From positions 9,889,048 to 9,953,047 of the forward strand of contig JAHRHZ010000051.1 in the NCBI GenBank assembly GCA_024137785.1: DNA of 64,000 nucleotides, written 5' to 3'. The notes under the pieces are model-generated. The model did not search any database. It was given only the letters and a program-made list of their open reading frames with translations, and was not told the DNA's origin. The number at the start of each line of letters is the position of its first letter. Positions within the stretch are counted from its first letter, which is position 1. The position numbers and the translations under genes are program-made. This DNA comes from Ginglymostoma cirratum (lineage: Eukaryota). This document shows positions 1 through 12,410 of the stretch, one piece after another.

Positions 1-116
1 CCGAAACGTCAAGCTTTCCTGCTCCTATGATGCTGCTTGGCCTGCTGCGTTCATCCAGCTCCACACTTTGTTATCTTGGATTCTCCAGCATCTGCAGTTC
101 CTATTATCTTTGATAC
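1..116 (+). mobile_element. Penelope-like element 3' terminus (family A), truncated by the window edge
   Basis: ccGAAACGTCaagctttcctgctcctatgatgctgcttggcc...; near-identical to the reverse complement of 44401-44515 and 17401-17515. Confidence 0.8.
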
Positions 117-519
117 AATATGTGAACTAAGGAGTTTGATTTCCTATTGTCAAAACTCTTAAGCTGCCATTGAAACAGAGAGGGTTTTTTTTCAGACTAT
201 TTGTGCATAATGGTTTTCTGTAGGTATCCTTCTGTCTTTAGCCATTCCTGAAGATGATATATCAGTGTCTTACTGACAGTTTCAACTATCTTAATGCAAC
301 TCAATTCTTCTGTTTCTCTTCTATGCATTGTAATGAGCTCAGGCTCTTTCTGCAGCCATTTCAAACAGAGATCTGGCTCAACTAAAGGAGTTTTCTTTCC
401 AGCCAAGTATGAAACCAGTACATTGAATTAAAGATTACATATCACAACTTCAAGATGGTAAGATACAGCCAAAACACGTAAAGCAAAGGTCCCGCAGACA
501 AACATGAAACAGATACTCA

Positions 520-760
520 GCCTATCTGGTTCACAGATATCGGTTAAAAGACAAATTTTGGCCAGGGCACCAGGGACAACCCCCCCTGTTCTTCTTTGAA
601 ACATCTGAGATAAAAGGCAGACAGTGGTTTAATATCTCCTCCAAAGGCAGTAGCGCAGAATCCTCTCAGTATTGCAGAATTCCCTGTCTAGATTTTATGC
701 TGATGTCTATGGAGAGGAGCAGGAACAAATAACTACTTGTGGCTCAGGGTGAGAATCACA
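520..760 (-). mobile_element. Deu-domain tRNA-SINE fragment
   Basis: Reverse-complement similarity to the copy at 5630-6020 (ggccagggcaccagggacaaccccccctgttcttctttgaa). Confidence 0.5.
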
Positions 761-2696
761 GTTAACCTTTAACTCTACAAGACTACTGGTGAAGACCAGT
801 TTCATCCCTGGTATTTTACAATGCTCTTGTAGCTTTCATTCAAAAATTTTAAGAACCTAGAGAAGGCCTCAGCCAAAGCTTCTCATCATCTATTGTTTCC
901 TTCATTTTCTAACATATTTATTATCCCTGTCTTTTGTTTTATGAAACTTCATTTGCTCCAGTTTCTTATTAGTTGTTTCCATTATTTCTGTATATTCATG
1001 ATGGATACATGGATTAGTAGGCTGCAGCATCAAGAATATTGCTGCAGTGTGTGAATACTGATGAGGTGTCCTAAATTAAGAAGCACAATTAAAGCTCCCA
1101 TCTTCCATCACTAGGCCTCCATTTTTATCCTTCAGATGTCCTGTTTATTTGTAGTCCATTTCCTGGTTCAGAATATTTCTTATTTCTCTTGAAACCCACA
1201 GGAATTTGCTTACTTCAATACCTACTTCACTTTACTTTCAGTAATCTTGAAGTTATTATCAGATTTCACACAACAGCCGTTCCTAACTCATTGTATCATT
1301 TAAGAAATTTGCATTTTTAAAACATTTGCTTTAAACTCTGTAACTGATCAGTTTAAGCTTTTCTTGTAAGACATGCGTTATACTCATCTTTTGAGTTTTA
1401 AGCTGGCACATGATGTATCAATTCTGCATTGAGACGGTCAACCCACGAGGAAGTTTTAAACTTTCTGGGTCTGTCCTGTATAAACTGTGTCTATCAAGTG
1501 CCTGACGCCTGTTAAAGGACCCCTTTTCAGAAATTAGTTCTAATGAATGGGAAGGCGTCAGGCCGTCCAGTGTCTTGCCGTCTGATGATCATTTTTCAAA
1601 GTATTTTCTTTTGAAACATTGCTTTATAATGTAAGTTCACAAACATGTGCTCCCGATTTGACATGAGTTGGAACTGAACACATCCACACCCCATGGCAGC
1701 TCCACAACACCTCCACCCAAACTTCCTCATGATTCACTCCAACCGCAACTTCCACAACTTGTGTGAGGGTCACAGCAGCAATGTCAGAGGATCTGAAACT
1801 GGTGTCTCCATTTTGGTTGAGGTACCAGCAACTTATCCCAATGCTACAAGAGACTGGAACACCGATGTCTACCAATATTCAGCCCTCCTGCTTTGACTCT
1901 GCACTCTCTCTGCAGCACTAAGTCTAGATTTTTACCTAATCATGTTTACAAGAATATGTAATGTCATCCCTTTGAAATTCTTCCTGGAAACACTGTTCTG
2001 TTATTTCATTCTTGAAAGACCTTTTCTAAAAATTACTCTAGCTAACAAAATCATTTTTCCAATCTATATAAAACTTATCACATTTTAAAAAATCTAGCTC
2101 TAAATATTACCATATTAGACATCTTAATATTATGCTCACTTGTACCCAACTGTTTCCTTGCCTCCAGGGTTCAAATTATCACAGTCAGTTCTATATACTA
2201 GCCTGGCTTCCTGTTGTCTCATTTATATGTAGCCATTCATTTGCTATAATTGGTTTTTATTTTAGCTTTGAAGGTGACTCCTGTTGTGACCACTAGAATA
2301 CAGGATTATTGAAGCTACTCGTTATCATTATCCAAATTTTCCTCGAGATTAGATTTCATCCCCACACACCAATAAATGTTGCAGGTCACTTAATGCAGAC
2401 GTCCTTCTCTGGTTTGCCTTCCCATTCTAATATTGTCCTGATTGCTGTGCACTGTCATATGCCAGTATCAAGCATTTAAGGAAATCACCATCACATGATA
2501 TCTCACTGTTCGTAGTTGTTTATAGCTGTCTTTTAAATTCCCCTTTCTCTGCTCTGCCTAATAGCTCATCCACTAACTCTATCAAGTTGGAGATTGTTTC
2601 TTCTATAGTCTGAGAGTTTACTTTATTCTTCCATTTTTGTTGATGATTCCACTCTACAGATAAGGCCTACCATAGCTAAAGGCAATATCATTACTA

Positions 2697-3140
2697 AAAA
2701 CATAGAAGATAGGAGCAGGAGCAGACCATTTGACCCCTCAAGCCTGCCCCACCATTCAATATGATGAGGGATAATCATTGAGCTCAGTGTCCTAATACTG
2801 CTCACCCTTCTATAATCCTTGATCCCTTTAGTCATGGAGATATATAAACCTCCTTCTTGAAAATACATAATATTTTGGCCTCAACCACTTTCTGTGGCAT
2901 GAATTCCACATGCTCACCACTCTCTGGGTGAAGAAATATCTCCTGATCTCAGTCCTAAAACGTTTACCACTTATCCTTAAACCATGATCCCTGGTTCTGG
3001 TTTTCCCACCATCGGGAACACTCTTCTTGCATCTAACCCATCTAGTCTTGTTAGAATTTCATAGGCTTCTATGAGAACTATCTCAGTCTTCTAAACACCA
3101 GTGAATACAATCCTAAATGACTCAATCACTCATCGTATGT
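2697..3140 (-). mobile_element. CR1 LINE 3' fragment
   Basis: FFTQRVV-type ORF2 C-terminus on the minus strand and the typical catagaagataggagcagg terminus. Older CR1-like debris at about 1900-2690. Confidence 0.8.
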
Positions 3141-3589
3141 GAAGTATAGGTAAGTGGATAGGGACATAGAAGAGGCCAGAGTTAGAAGGACACTGAGTCA
3201 TGGTGGGCGGCAAGAGGTCATTGAGCTAGGGTGAGATGAGGTCATAGAGGGATTTGAGCACAAGAATCAACATTTGAAAACTGAGGCCTTGCTGTATGGG
3301 AAGCCAATCTAGGCCAACAAGTTCAGGCTGACGGATGAACAGAACTTGGTGTGAGCCAGAATGTGGGCAATAGAGATTTTGGATCAGCTGAAATTTACAG
3401 AGTAAGAGATGAGAGATAATTCATGAGGACAGCTGAATAGTCAAACCTGGATGTGACAAAAGTATGGTTTTGACAAAAGAAGGCTTTAGCAGCAGATAAA
3501 TAGAGACAGGGACCATAGTCTGGCTGAGAGAAGCTGGCAGACAGCCTGAACTTTTCTCCAATTGATGAATACGATTGAATTCAATGTTC

Positions 3590-4010
3590 TCTGATTTTCA
3601 ATATCTTCTTCCTCATTACTTTACAGCCTTCCAGACCCTACAAATTTCAGATCACAACATAAGTCTGTCAATAAACCTGCTTATCCCATTCACACCTCTC
3701 CCCACCAATCTTTCGTTTCATTACTTATCCCATTAGCAACCTTTTTCCTTACATCATTATCTCTTTTATAATTTATAACCTCTCCCGCTTTCCACCTTAC
3801 CACAGAAATTTCCTCTTGGTCTTAGCCCAGCTGTTCTTTGCTCTGTACTTGTCTAAAATCTGTCACACCTCCTCAAACTTTTGCCAGTCCTGTTGAAAGG
3901 CCATGAGCCTGAGATGCTATTTCTCTTTTTCTCTGAATGAATATTTCCAAACTTCTGAGTATTTCCAGAATTTTCTGTTTATATTTCAGATTTCCAACAT
4001 CTTCAATATT
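3590..4010 (+). mobile_element. Old Penelope-like 3' end with decayed hammerhead
   Basis: Pyrimidine-rich tail followed by ctgttgaaaggccatgagcctgagatgct and the shared ...ctgagtatttccagaattttctgttt...cagatttccaacatct terminus. Confidence 0.45.
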
Positions 4011-4872
4011 TTGCCTTTGTTATATTGTTTTTACCATTGTACTGATCCATATTTTGTTGTATTATTCAGACTCTGTACAAAACTAACAGGCAAATAAGTC
4101 TGACTGGCTAGTGTTGCATGGAGTCAAGTCCCTCTCATTGTAGCTGTCCCATGTAGTTCTGCCTGTCCCTTAATGAGAAGTGCTCATTTCTGACCTCCTT
4201 GACTCAGGACCTGTATTTTACACAATGGTCCCAGTTCCCAAACCACTTCACTCACTCACCAGCTAAAACGTCATTTGCGATCTCATTGGCTCCCCTTTAG
4301 CAACTTAACATTGGGATTAGCATTAACTGCCGTAGGAAGAAACTTCTGTCCCTTCCTCAGCAGCAAGTCCCACTTTAGAGACCCACTAGCTAATCGGATG
4401 TCTAGCAGCTCAGTTGTCCCAGCAGTGCCATCTGTAAGTGGACGCTGTTACTGGAACTGCAGGCAATTTCACCCCACAGAGGGGCTCAGGTTAGTCCGAG
4501 GTCTGGCATCTCAGCAGTTGTCTGAGGTCCAAGTTCATGCGATGGGGGTGGGGAGGATAAAGAATTAAAGGGAGGGAATAGCCATGGGTGCAAGATCCTC
4601 CGATAGGGACAGGAAAGGAGGTCCACCAATTGCCAACCAGCACATGCAATTGAAGCAGCTGGGCTTCCTTCATGGGATTAGCCTTACCCCTGCTAAGGGT
4701 TAACTACTGAAATGAGGCCTTTAGGGAGCTATTAGTTAGCCAGTTAAGGGCTTCAAATGTTCCAACATCAAACATGCCAAATGATGCCTGCCCTATGGGA
4801 GGCCATAGAAATAACACCTGCTGGATTTTACATGATGTCCTGCTTTTAAATCCCAGTCAGGGAGATAAAATT

Positions 4873-5081
4873 CAGAAGTTGCTGGAAAAGCTCATCAGGT
4901 CTGGGAGCATCTGTGAAGAAAAATCAGAGTTAACGCTTCAGGTCTGCTGACCCTTCCTCAGTTCTGAAACGTTAACTCTGATTTTTTTCCTCACAGATGC
5001 TGCCAGACCTACTGACCTTTTCCAGCAACTTCTATTTTTGTTCCTGATTTACAGCACCTGCAGTTCTTTCAGTTTTTATTC
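4873..5081. mobile_element. Fold-back Penelope-associated short element (family B) with hammerhead motif
   Basis: Inverted arms at 4874-4941 and 4964-5033. 10-bp TSD AGATAAAATT at 4863-4872 and 5082-5091. Minus strand reads CTGAGGA-A-GGGTC-agca-GACCT-GAAGCGTT. Confidence 0.85.
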
Positions 5082-5629
5082 AGATAAAATTTAGCCCTGA
5101 GTGTCGAAGGTCCTGACTGCAAGTAGCGACCAGTATTGTTAGGAATGAGTGCTGCATGTTAGTCTAACAAATATCTGACGAGAAACCCATTTATTAGTGT
5201 CTTTGATTTGTCTGATTTCCACAAGCAGGTCTGAACCTATGATTCCTCACGTACTGACCAGGATGACTATTGCAGCAACACAATTATCGATACCAGTAGA
5301 ACTAAAGATTCTGCTCACAGTTCATATTCCTTACATATTCCTTTTTCTGTTTTTTTTTCATTAGTGATATTTTTTCATTAATGGCCCTCACCCCTCCTCA
5401 CATATCTATGGCATTGTACAGGGAATGGGATCCACAAACATTGTATTCTATTTTAAGTCAATAGAGTGATCCAGGATCACAAAGACTTAGCCTGGGAGGG
5501 GCAGCACCCAATCCCTATGCATCTCACCAAAGGCAACTCGACAAAAAACTCGTGGACACTGCCCGCTAAGATTTTCAGGCACCTTGAATCCACAAATGTC
5601 GGCTTGGGATCAGAAGGAAGCATGTCTCG

Positions 5630-6020
5630 CCTGAGTCAGAAAGTTGAGTTCAGGTCCCAGTTCAGGGCTTGTGACCAAAACTCCTGTGCAGAACTGAGGG
5701 AGATCTGCACTGTCAGAGTCGTCGTCTTTAGCATAGAACAACTAAAGCCTCATCTTTTGCTCATGTGGTTGTAAAAGATTCTGTGGCATTATTTCAAAGA
5801 ATAACAGAGGAATGTGTTCTGGCCAATATTTAGGCTTCAATCAACATCACAGAAACAGATTGTCTGGTCAGCATTGCATCGCTGCTTTTGGGAGCGTACT
5901 GCGTGCTTACTGCCTGCTGTCCTGTCTGCATGACAACAGTGACTACCCTTCAGAAAGTACCTCACTGGCTGTGAGACATCTGGTGATCATGAGACGTGCT
6001 CTACCAGTGCAAGTCTTTCT
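5630..6020 (+). mobile_element. Deu-domain SINE (SacSINE1/AmnSINE1-like)
   Basis: tRNA-like head remnant, then taaaagattctgtggcattatttcaaagaa...tggccaatattta...aatcaacatcac, matching the DeuSINE core as I recall it. Confidence 0.65.
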
Positions 6021-6499
6021 TTCTCACAACTCAGCAAGGTTGGAAAATCAATGGCTACATGTGAATGCTTATCTACTAGTGATATTAAGAAGAGCAATAT
6101 ATCTTATCCACAATCATTAAACAGTTAGGATTTTATGATTGTCTATTCAACACCAATTGTACAAAAAAAGTCTCTAAACATTTGAGACATTCCCTTGCTT
6201 TTCAAAATCTTTTACGATAGCTCAATTTTAAAATAGTTATAAAACTTTGCAAAATCAATCAATTGTCAGAAATGATTGAGAGCGCTCATTTAACCTCCTT
6301 ATGACAATCCCCTGCTCCCTGGCTTATTTCTGCCAATTTCTTCTAATCTTTGTTTGTGATTATGCATTTTTCTTAGCATACAAATTGTTTAACAGATTAC
6401 TCTGTATAACTCTTAAGACAACATGCTAATTTAAAAAAAAGACCCATCACAATAGATGCTTCTCTTTAGGTCTTTGTTGAGCAGGCACTGTGTATCTGA

Positions 6500-7910
6500 G
6501 AGGTCAAGACTGTGCATAATCTTAATAACACAGGTCATCTCTATCAACGACAAATCACTTACATTACATTTCCACCCACTTGTGATAACCGTTCACCCCT
6601 TTATTTACCAAGAATCTATCCACCTCTGTATTAATAATGTTGAAAGATTCTGCTTCTACTGTCTTTAATTGAGTTTCAAAGATTTATAACCGTCGGGGGG
6701 GGGAGTGGAATCCTCTTATCTCCTTCTTAAATCAATAACTCCTCACTTTTAGACAGTAATTCCCAGTTCTAAAACAACAAAAGAGAATGTCAAAAGGGAT
6801 CGAGGAGTACATGACAGCCATTACAAAAAGATGCTTAAATGCAACTAAGGGAGGGCCAGAATATTCAAATATATTTGACATTTCAGACAGGTCATTGAAA
6901 TATTCAAAGCCGAAGTAGGCAGAGTTTTGATTGACAAGGGAGTCAAAGTTATAGGGACAGAAAAGAGAACGGAGTTAAAATAACCATCAGATTAATCATG
7001 ATTATATTGTATTGTGGAGCATGAAATGCCAACACATGCTCCTATTTTTATGATCTTCTTTCTGCTCTCACCATGATGCTGATTTTCAAAAAAAAAAATT
7101 CATACACAGGTTGCGAGTATCACTACCAAGTCCAGTATTTATTTCCCATCCCTAATTGCCTTTAAGAAGGTGATAGTGCACTGCCTTCTTGATGCGTTGC
7201 AGTCACATAGTGTGGTGCACAATGCTATTACAGAGATTTCTGTGGGTTCTTAATCAAGCTACAGTAAATTAACAGTGATATAGTTTCAAGTCAGGATGGC
7301 ATAGAACTTGAACAGGAAATTGTAGGTGGTATTGTTCCCACGTATTTGCTGCCCTTGTCCTTTGAGTTGGTAGAGGTCGCAGATCTAGAAGTTGCTGTGG
7401 TCTATCTTGTAAACGGTAGACACTGTTATCACTGTACATAAGTACATGTCATGTCTCAAAATTAATCACATATTATTGAAATGATAATGAGAAGCCTACC
7501 ATTGTCACCATACTGTACCAGTGCAGTCCACATATAACCATAAGGTTAAAACACAATAATAGGTCATTCAGCCCATGAAGTTTGTTTCACCATTCGATGA
7601 GATGATGGCTGATCACATAATTCTTAACCCCGTTTTTGTGCTTTTTTCCCCAAATTCTTTGAGTCTCTTACTGATTAAAAATTGATCTTCTCAGTCTCGA
7701 ATATTCTTAGTGACTCAACTTGACTGTACTCTGCGGTAAATTCCACAGATTCACTAACTTCTGAGAGAAAAAATTCCTCCTCTTGTGCCTTAAATGGGTG
7801 ATCCCTTACTCTGGAATTATGCCCTCTAGTTCTAGACCCCACAGTTGGAAACATCCTCACTGAATCTATCCTTTCAAGATGCCTAAGAATCTTGTATGTT
7901 TTATTGTGAT
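6500..7910. mobile_element. Cluster of degraded CR1 3' fragments (6500-6780 -, 6880-7060 +, 7540-7910 -) and a SINE/LINE tail (7110-7430 -)
   Basis: ORF 7675-7860 (RTRGHN...EFFL) and typical CR1 3'UTR motifs. Confidence 0.65.
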
Positions 7911-9264
7911 GCTTAATGAATTCTTAGACAAACACTTCAAACATAATCTGATAAATTTGGGATGCCTTCAGTAGATTCAATGACACCAATTCTTCTTCTT
8001 AGTTTTAGTCCAAGCTGCTCACACCAAATGGCGAGGGATGCCCACATGAGTCCCTGCCAGAAGATATATTCAGTCTTGACAAACTGTTCAGGTTTATTAC
8101 ATTTTACTTAATAGTAAGTTACATTACATTTGAAATACGTGATAGTCTCTTGTGAGACATCAGACTCAGCATAAGAGTAAAAACGTAACTTAGAAAAAAC
8201 TGGACAGCTTGATCACAACTGATCAGTGGACCTTATCTTGTGATGTCGTTAACCCTGTCTTATACAACATATACTGGAACACAAACTTTCTGAATGGAGC
8301 ATCTAACCACACAAGGTATGATTAAGTCATGAAGTAGTGTGTTTTTAAAAAAATATTACGTTTCATTCTGATTTTAATTAATTTCATTTTAGCTATAGAA
8401 TTGTAGGAACACTTTACACGTTTTTATTTTCTGTTTTCCCTGGGAGCAGATTCCAGTGGTAATGAATGAATTGTTTACATAAGCAGTGTCATTAGCTTTT
8501 ACAAGATTACTTATTCCTTGAAAATTGCACAATTAGGCAAGTTAAGACTGTACAACCTAACCTGACAAGTGTCCAATTAGTCTTAAGCAGCAAGAAACGA
8601 GTGAGGTGCAAAAAGACAGGGCTGTGCATAAATTAGCACCAAGGGAATAATTAAACCAATAAATAGGTCGAAGTTATCCTGACAAATTCTTATCTTGGAA
8701 TATCAGCATATTTAAGAAAATGAATTAATTAGGTCCAGTGTAGATATCATAATTATTAGTTGAATTTATAAGTCTATCTTCTGTCAAATTCTTGAGATTC
8801 CTATATAAATATTTGTAAGCCATCCAGTTGTTGACAACATATGAACAAATGTAAATGAGTGTAAATGAATTAGCAGTGATGAAAATGCAACAAGTTTATG
8901 ATCCAAACTACAGATTGCTAAACAGTGTTTGGGCCAGACTTTCACTCCTGAGCTGGATTTTTCAAGTCAGAAAAATTCCCAAATCAATAGACTTGCATCA
9001 GTTTGAAGGTACGTTGAATTTTCTTTTTGAGGGGGCATAGAGTCAGGCCAATCAAGCTGAAAGCAGATCAGCCACAGAAGACAAGGTAGGACAGTTAGAA
9101 GGCAATATTCATTATAAGAGATTTCATCCCAGTCTTCATCGTTCATACCCCTTCATCACCCCACACCCAGAATCCCCACGCTCATTCACACTCATACCCT
9201 CCATGATTTCCATGCCATCTCTGTGTCAACATGCCCAGTAGACACACAAATATGCATACGACTA

Positions 9265-10645
9265 TACAAATTAGGAGCGACCATACAAATTAGGAGCAGG
9301 AGGAGACCATTTGGTTACTCAAGCTTGCTCTGACTTTCAATAAGATCTTGGCTGATCAGATTGCTTCACCTCCACATTGTCACAGTTGTGTTTCTTTTGA
9401 CACTTACAATTCTACATAAATATCACATATTTGAAATGTGGGCTAGCATTCTCAGCTTACCTGCATCAGTGCACCTCAGGACAAGATGAGAATTGCTCAT
9501 CCATGCCCCCGTTTGCTCTTGTCAAAGAAACTTTAACTGCTCATCTCAGACTGAACCCAGGCACCCACAGGGTACAAATGGAAGGAAAAAACACTAAATA
9601 TCCCTGTATGAAGATGGCACATAGAAAACAGGAGCAAGAGTAGACCATTCAGCTCTTCAGGCCTGCTCCAACATTGAATATGAACATGGCTGATCATCCA
9701 ACTGAGTACCCTGTTCCATTTTCTCCCCATACTCTATGGTCTCTTTAGCTCTAATCTATATCTAACTCCTTCTTGAAAGCATTCAAATGTTTGGGCCTCA
9801 AGTGCTTTCTGTGGCAAAGAACTTCACAGCTTCACTCTCTGAGTGAAGAAATTTCTCCTCATCTCAGTCTTAAATGCCTGCCCTTATACCCTTAGACACA
9901 GTGTTATAATTTAACTGATCTAATAACATCACTGCCAGTTTCTTTTGAAGTATTAGCTCATCTAATTTAAAAAACTGAGTAATAAAAAAACCTGTTGTTA
10001 TTGTCCACAAAAGTAAACACATTGCCTGCAGCAGAAGCTTCAACAGTGCTGAAACAAGGTAACCTCAGCTGTAGCTGCTTCTAATTTAGTCTAAATTAGA
10101 ACATTGAACATAGAACTGAACTGGAACAGGTCTTTCAGCCCATGGTATTGTGCCGAATGTGATGCCAAATTAAATTAATACTTTCTGTTTGCCTATGGTC
10201 CATTTCCCTCCATTCCTTGCATATTCATTTGCTTATCTAAAAACCCCTTAACTGCCCAATCATATCTGCCTCCACCACTATCACTGGCAGTGTGTTCCAG
10301 GCACCTACCCACTCTCAGTGTAAAAAACCTTGCCCCTCACATCTCCTTTGAACTTTCTCCCTCTTACCTTAAACGCATGACCTCTCATAAAATGAGATAT
10401 TTTAATTCCGGGAATAACATTCTGACTGTCAAATTGATCTATGCCTCTCATAATTTTATAAGCTTCTATCAGGTCTCATCTGACCCTCCGCCGCTCCAGA
10501 GAAAACAACCCTAATTTGTACAGCATCTTGTTATAGCTCATACCCTTTAATCCAGGCAGCATCCTGGTAAACGTCTTCTGCACTCTCTCCAAAGCCTGCA
10601 CATCCTTTCTGTAATGTGGCGACCAGAATTGAATGCAATACTCTG
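9265..10645 (-). mobile_element. Three CR1 3' fragments (9265-9380, 9615-9900, 10095-10645)
   Basis: CR1 termini (catagaa/aacatagaac repeats) and reverse-strand FWSPHY/FFT.RV motifs. Confidence 0.75.
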
Positions 10646-11497
10646 AATTATTTGACTGCCTTCTGTTTCAATGCCTTTGTCCTTCCATTTCTTCTCAGAA
10701 CCCCATCCTAGAAAAGTTAACTGCGATAGGAAATTAACTCCTCAAACAGTAGCTCGGCCTCTGCAAGAGCTGTCAAGTGATTGCCCCTGCCTAGTTTTCA
10801 GCTGCTCTACCCATGTGTTGTGCTGACACTACACAGCAAACTGGCTGCCTTTCTGTACGTATTTATGTATCGAACCTTTACAACAATGTGAATTTTGCAG
10901 TGAAATAAAAGATGCACAAAAAAACTGGGACAACTGGGACTAAGTTGTCCCAGAAAGACTTAACAGACCAACTTGACATAATTGGGCCATTCCTAGTCAT
11001 AACAGCACAATTTTGAAATTAAGGAATGATAAAATTGAAATTATGGCAGAAAATAAGACCAACAAAATATCAAAGGATAAATGATTATTATAGAATCCTA
11101 TAATCATACTTGATAGAAGGGATCCTTCAGCCCATCAAGTTTGCACTGCCAGAAGTACATTACTTCCTACACTAGTCCCTCTTTCCCACACTCGGCCTGC
11201 AGCCTTGAATGTTGTGACATTTCATCCTTATACTTTTTAAAGGTTGTGAGATTTCCTGCCTCAACTACCCTCCCAGGCAGTGTATTTCAGATTTCCACCA
11301 CCCTCTGGGTGAAAACGTTTTTCCTCAAAACCCCTCTAAGCCTCCTGCCTTTCACTTTAAAATTATGTCCCTTTGTTATTGACCCTTTGACTAAGAGAAA
11401 CAGCTGCTTTCTATTCTCCTTATTCGTGCCCCTCATAATCTCTGCCTGGTCCTCTCTCAACCTTCTCCGCTCCAAAGAAAACAACCTGAGCTTATCT

Positions 11498-11652
11498 GGA
11501 CAAAAACCGAAAGAACTACGGATGCTGTAAATCAGGAACAAAAACAGAAGTTGCTGGAAAAGCTCAGCAGGTCTGGCAGTATCTGTGGAGAGAAAAATCA
11601 GAGTTAACATTTCAGGTCCAGTGACCCTTCCTCAGAACTCTGTTTTTGTTCC
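11498..11652 (-). mobile_element. 155-bp Penelope-associated short element (family B)
   Basis: 10-bp TSD GAGCTTATCT at 11488-11497 and 11653-11662, inside a CR1. Homologous to 4873-5081 and 31433-31536. Confidence 0.9.
11599..11642 (-). ncRNA. Minimal type-I hammerhead ribozyme motif
   Basis: Minus strand: CAGAGTT-CTGAGGA-A-GGGTC-ACTG-GACCT-GAAATGTT-AACTCTG. This gives a 7-bp helix I, the CUGANGA box, a 5-bp helix II with tetraloop, the GAAA box and a GUU triplet. One C>T change in the ACGT palindrome. Confidence 0.8.
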
Positions 11653-12169
11653 GAGCTTATCTAGCCTCTCTTCTTGGCTAAGATGGAGCATTTTAGCTAA
11701 CTCCTGGTGAAACTCCTCTGCACTCCCTCCAATGCAATCATATCCTTCCTATAGTGCAGTGACCAGGACTGCACACAGTACTCGTGCTACAGCCTTACCA
11801 ACGTTCTGTACAGCTCCAATATAACCTCCTCTTATAATCTATGTCACGAGTGATAAAGGCAAGTGTCTCTTACGCCTTTTTGACTACCCTATTAACCTGT
11901 CCTGTCAGGCATCTGTGGATAAGCACCCCAAACTACCTCTATTCCTCTGAACTTCCGAGTGTCTTGCCATTCATTGACTACTCCCTTGTCTTGTTCCTTC
12001 TTCCAAAGGGCATCATCTCAAATATTTGGTGAGAATAAACCTAAGCAAAATCTAAATCAGGAGAAGGGCACAAGGAAGCCATGTGATTGAAAATTGTTTT
12101 CTACTTTTTCGCTTGAAGTTTAAATTTATAAAAAACAGGAAGCTTGAAAAAAATCCAACCTAATGAAGA

Positions 12170-12410
12170 CCATGGAACTATGGTCGATTGTCATTAAAAT
12201 CTGCCTGATTCACTGTTGTCATTCAGGGAAAGAAATCTGTCATCCTTACCTAGTCTGGCCTACATGAGACTCCAAACCCACAGTGTTGTGGTTGATCATT
12301 AACTATCTTCTAATATTGCCTAGAAAGCCAATCAGTTCAAGTGGCAATTAGGATCTGACAATAAATGCTGGTCCATCCAGTGTCACCCACATCCCACGAA
12401 TGAATAAGTT
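12170..12410 (+). mobile_element. SINE 3' part with LINE-derived tail
   Basis: agggaaagaaatctgtcatccttacctagtctggcctacatgagactcc...caataaatgctgg...cacatcccacgaatgaataa; the same family recurs at 22690, 32000 and 46780. Confidence 0.75.

Larger units (their letters stand above)
11090..12020 (-). mobile_element. CR1 3' fragment interrupted by a family-B element
   Basis: LRLFSLERRRLR...GHNFKVKGRRLRG...FTQRVV (ORF 11287-11610). The CR1 sequence resumes after 11662. Confidence 0.85.
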
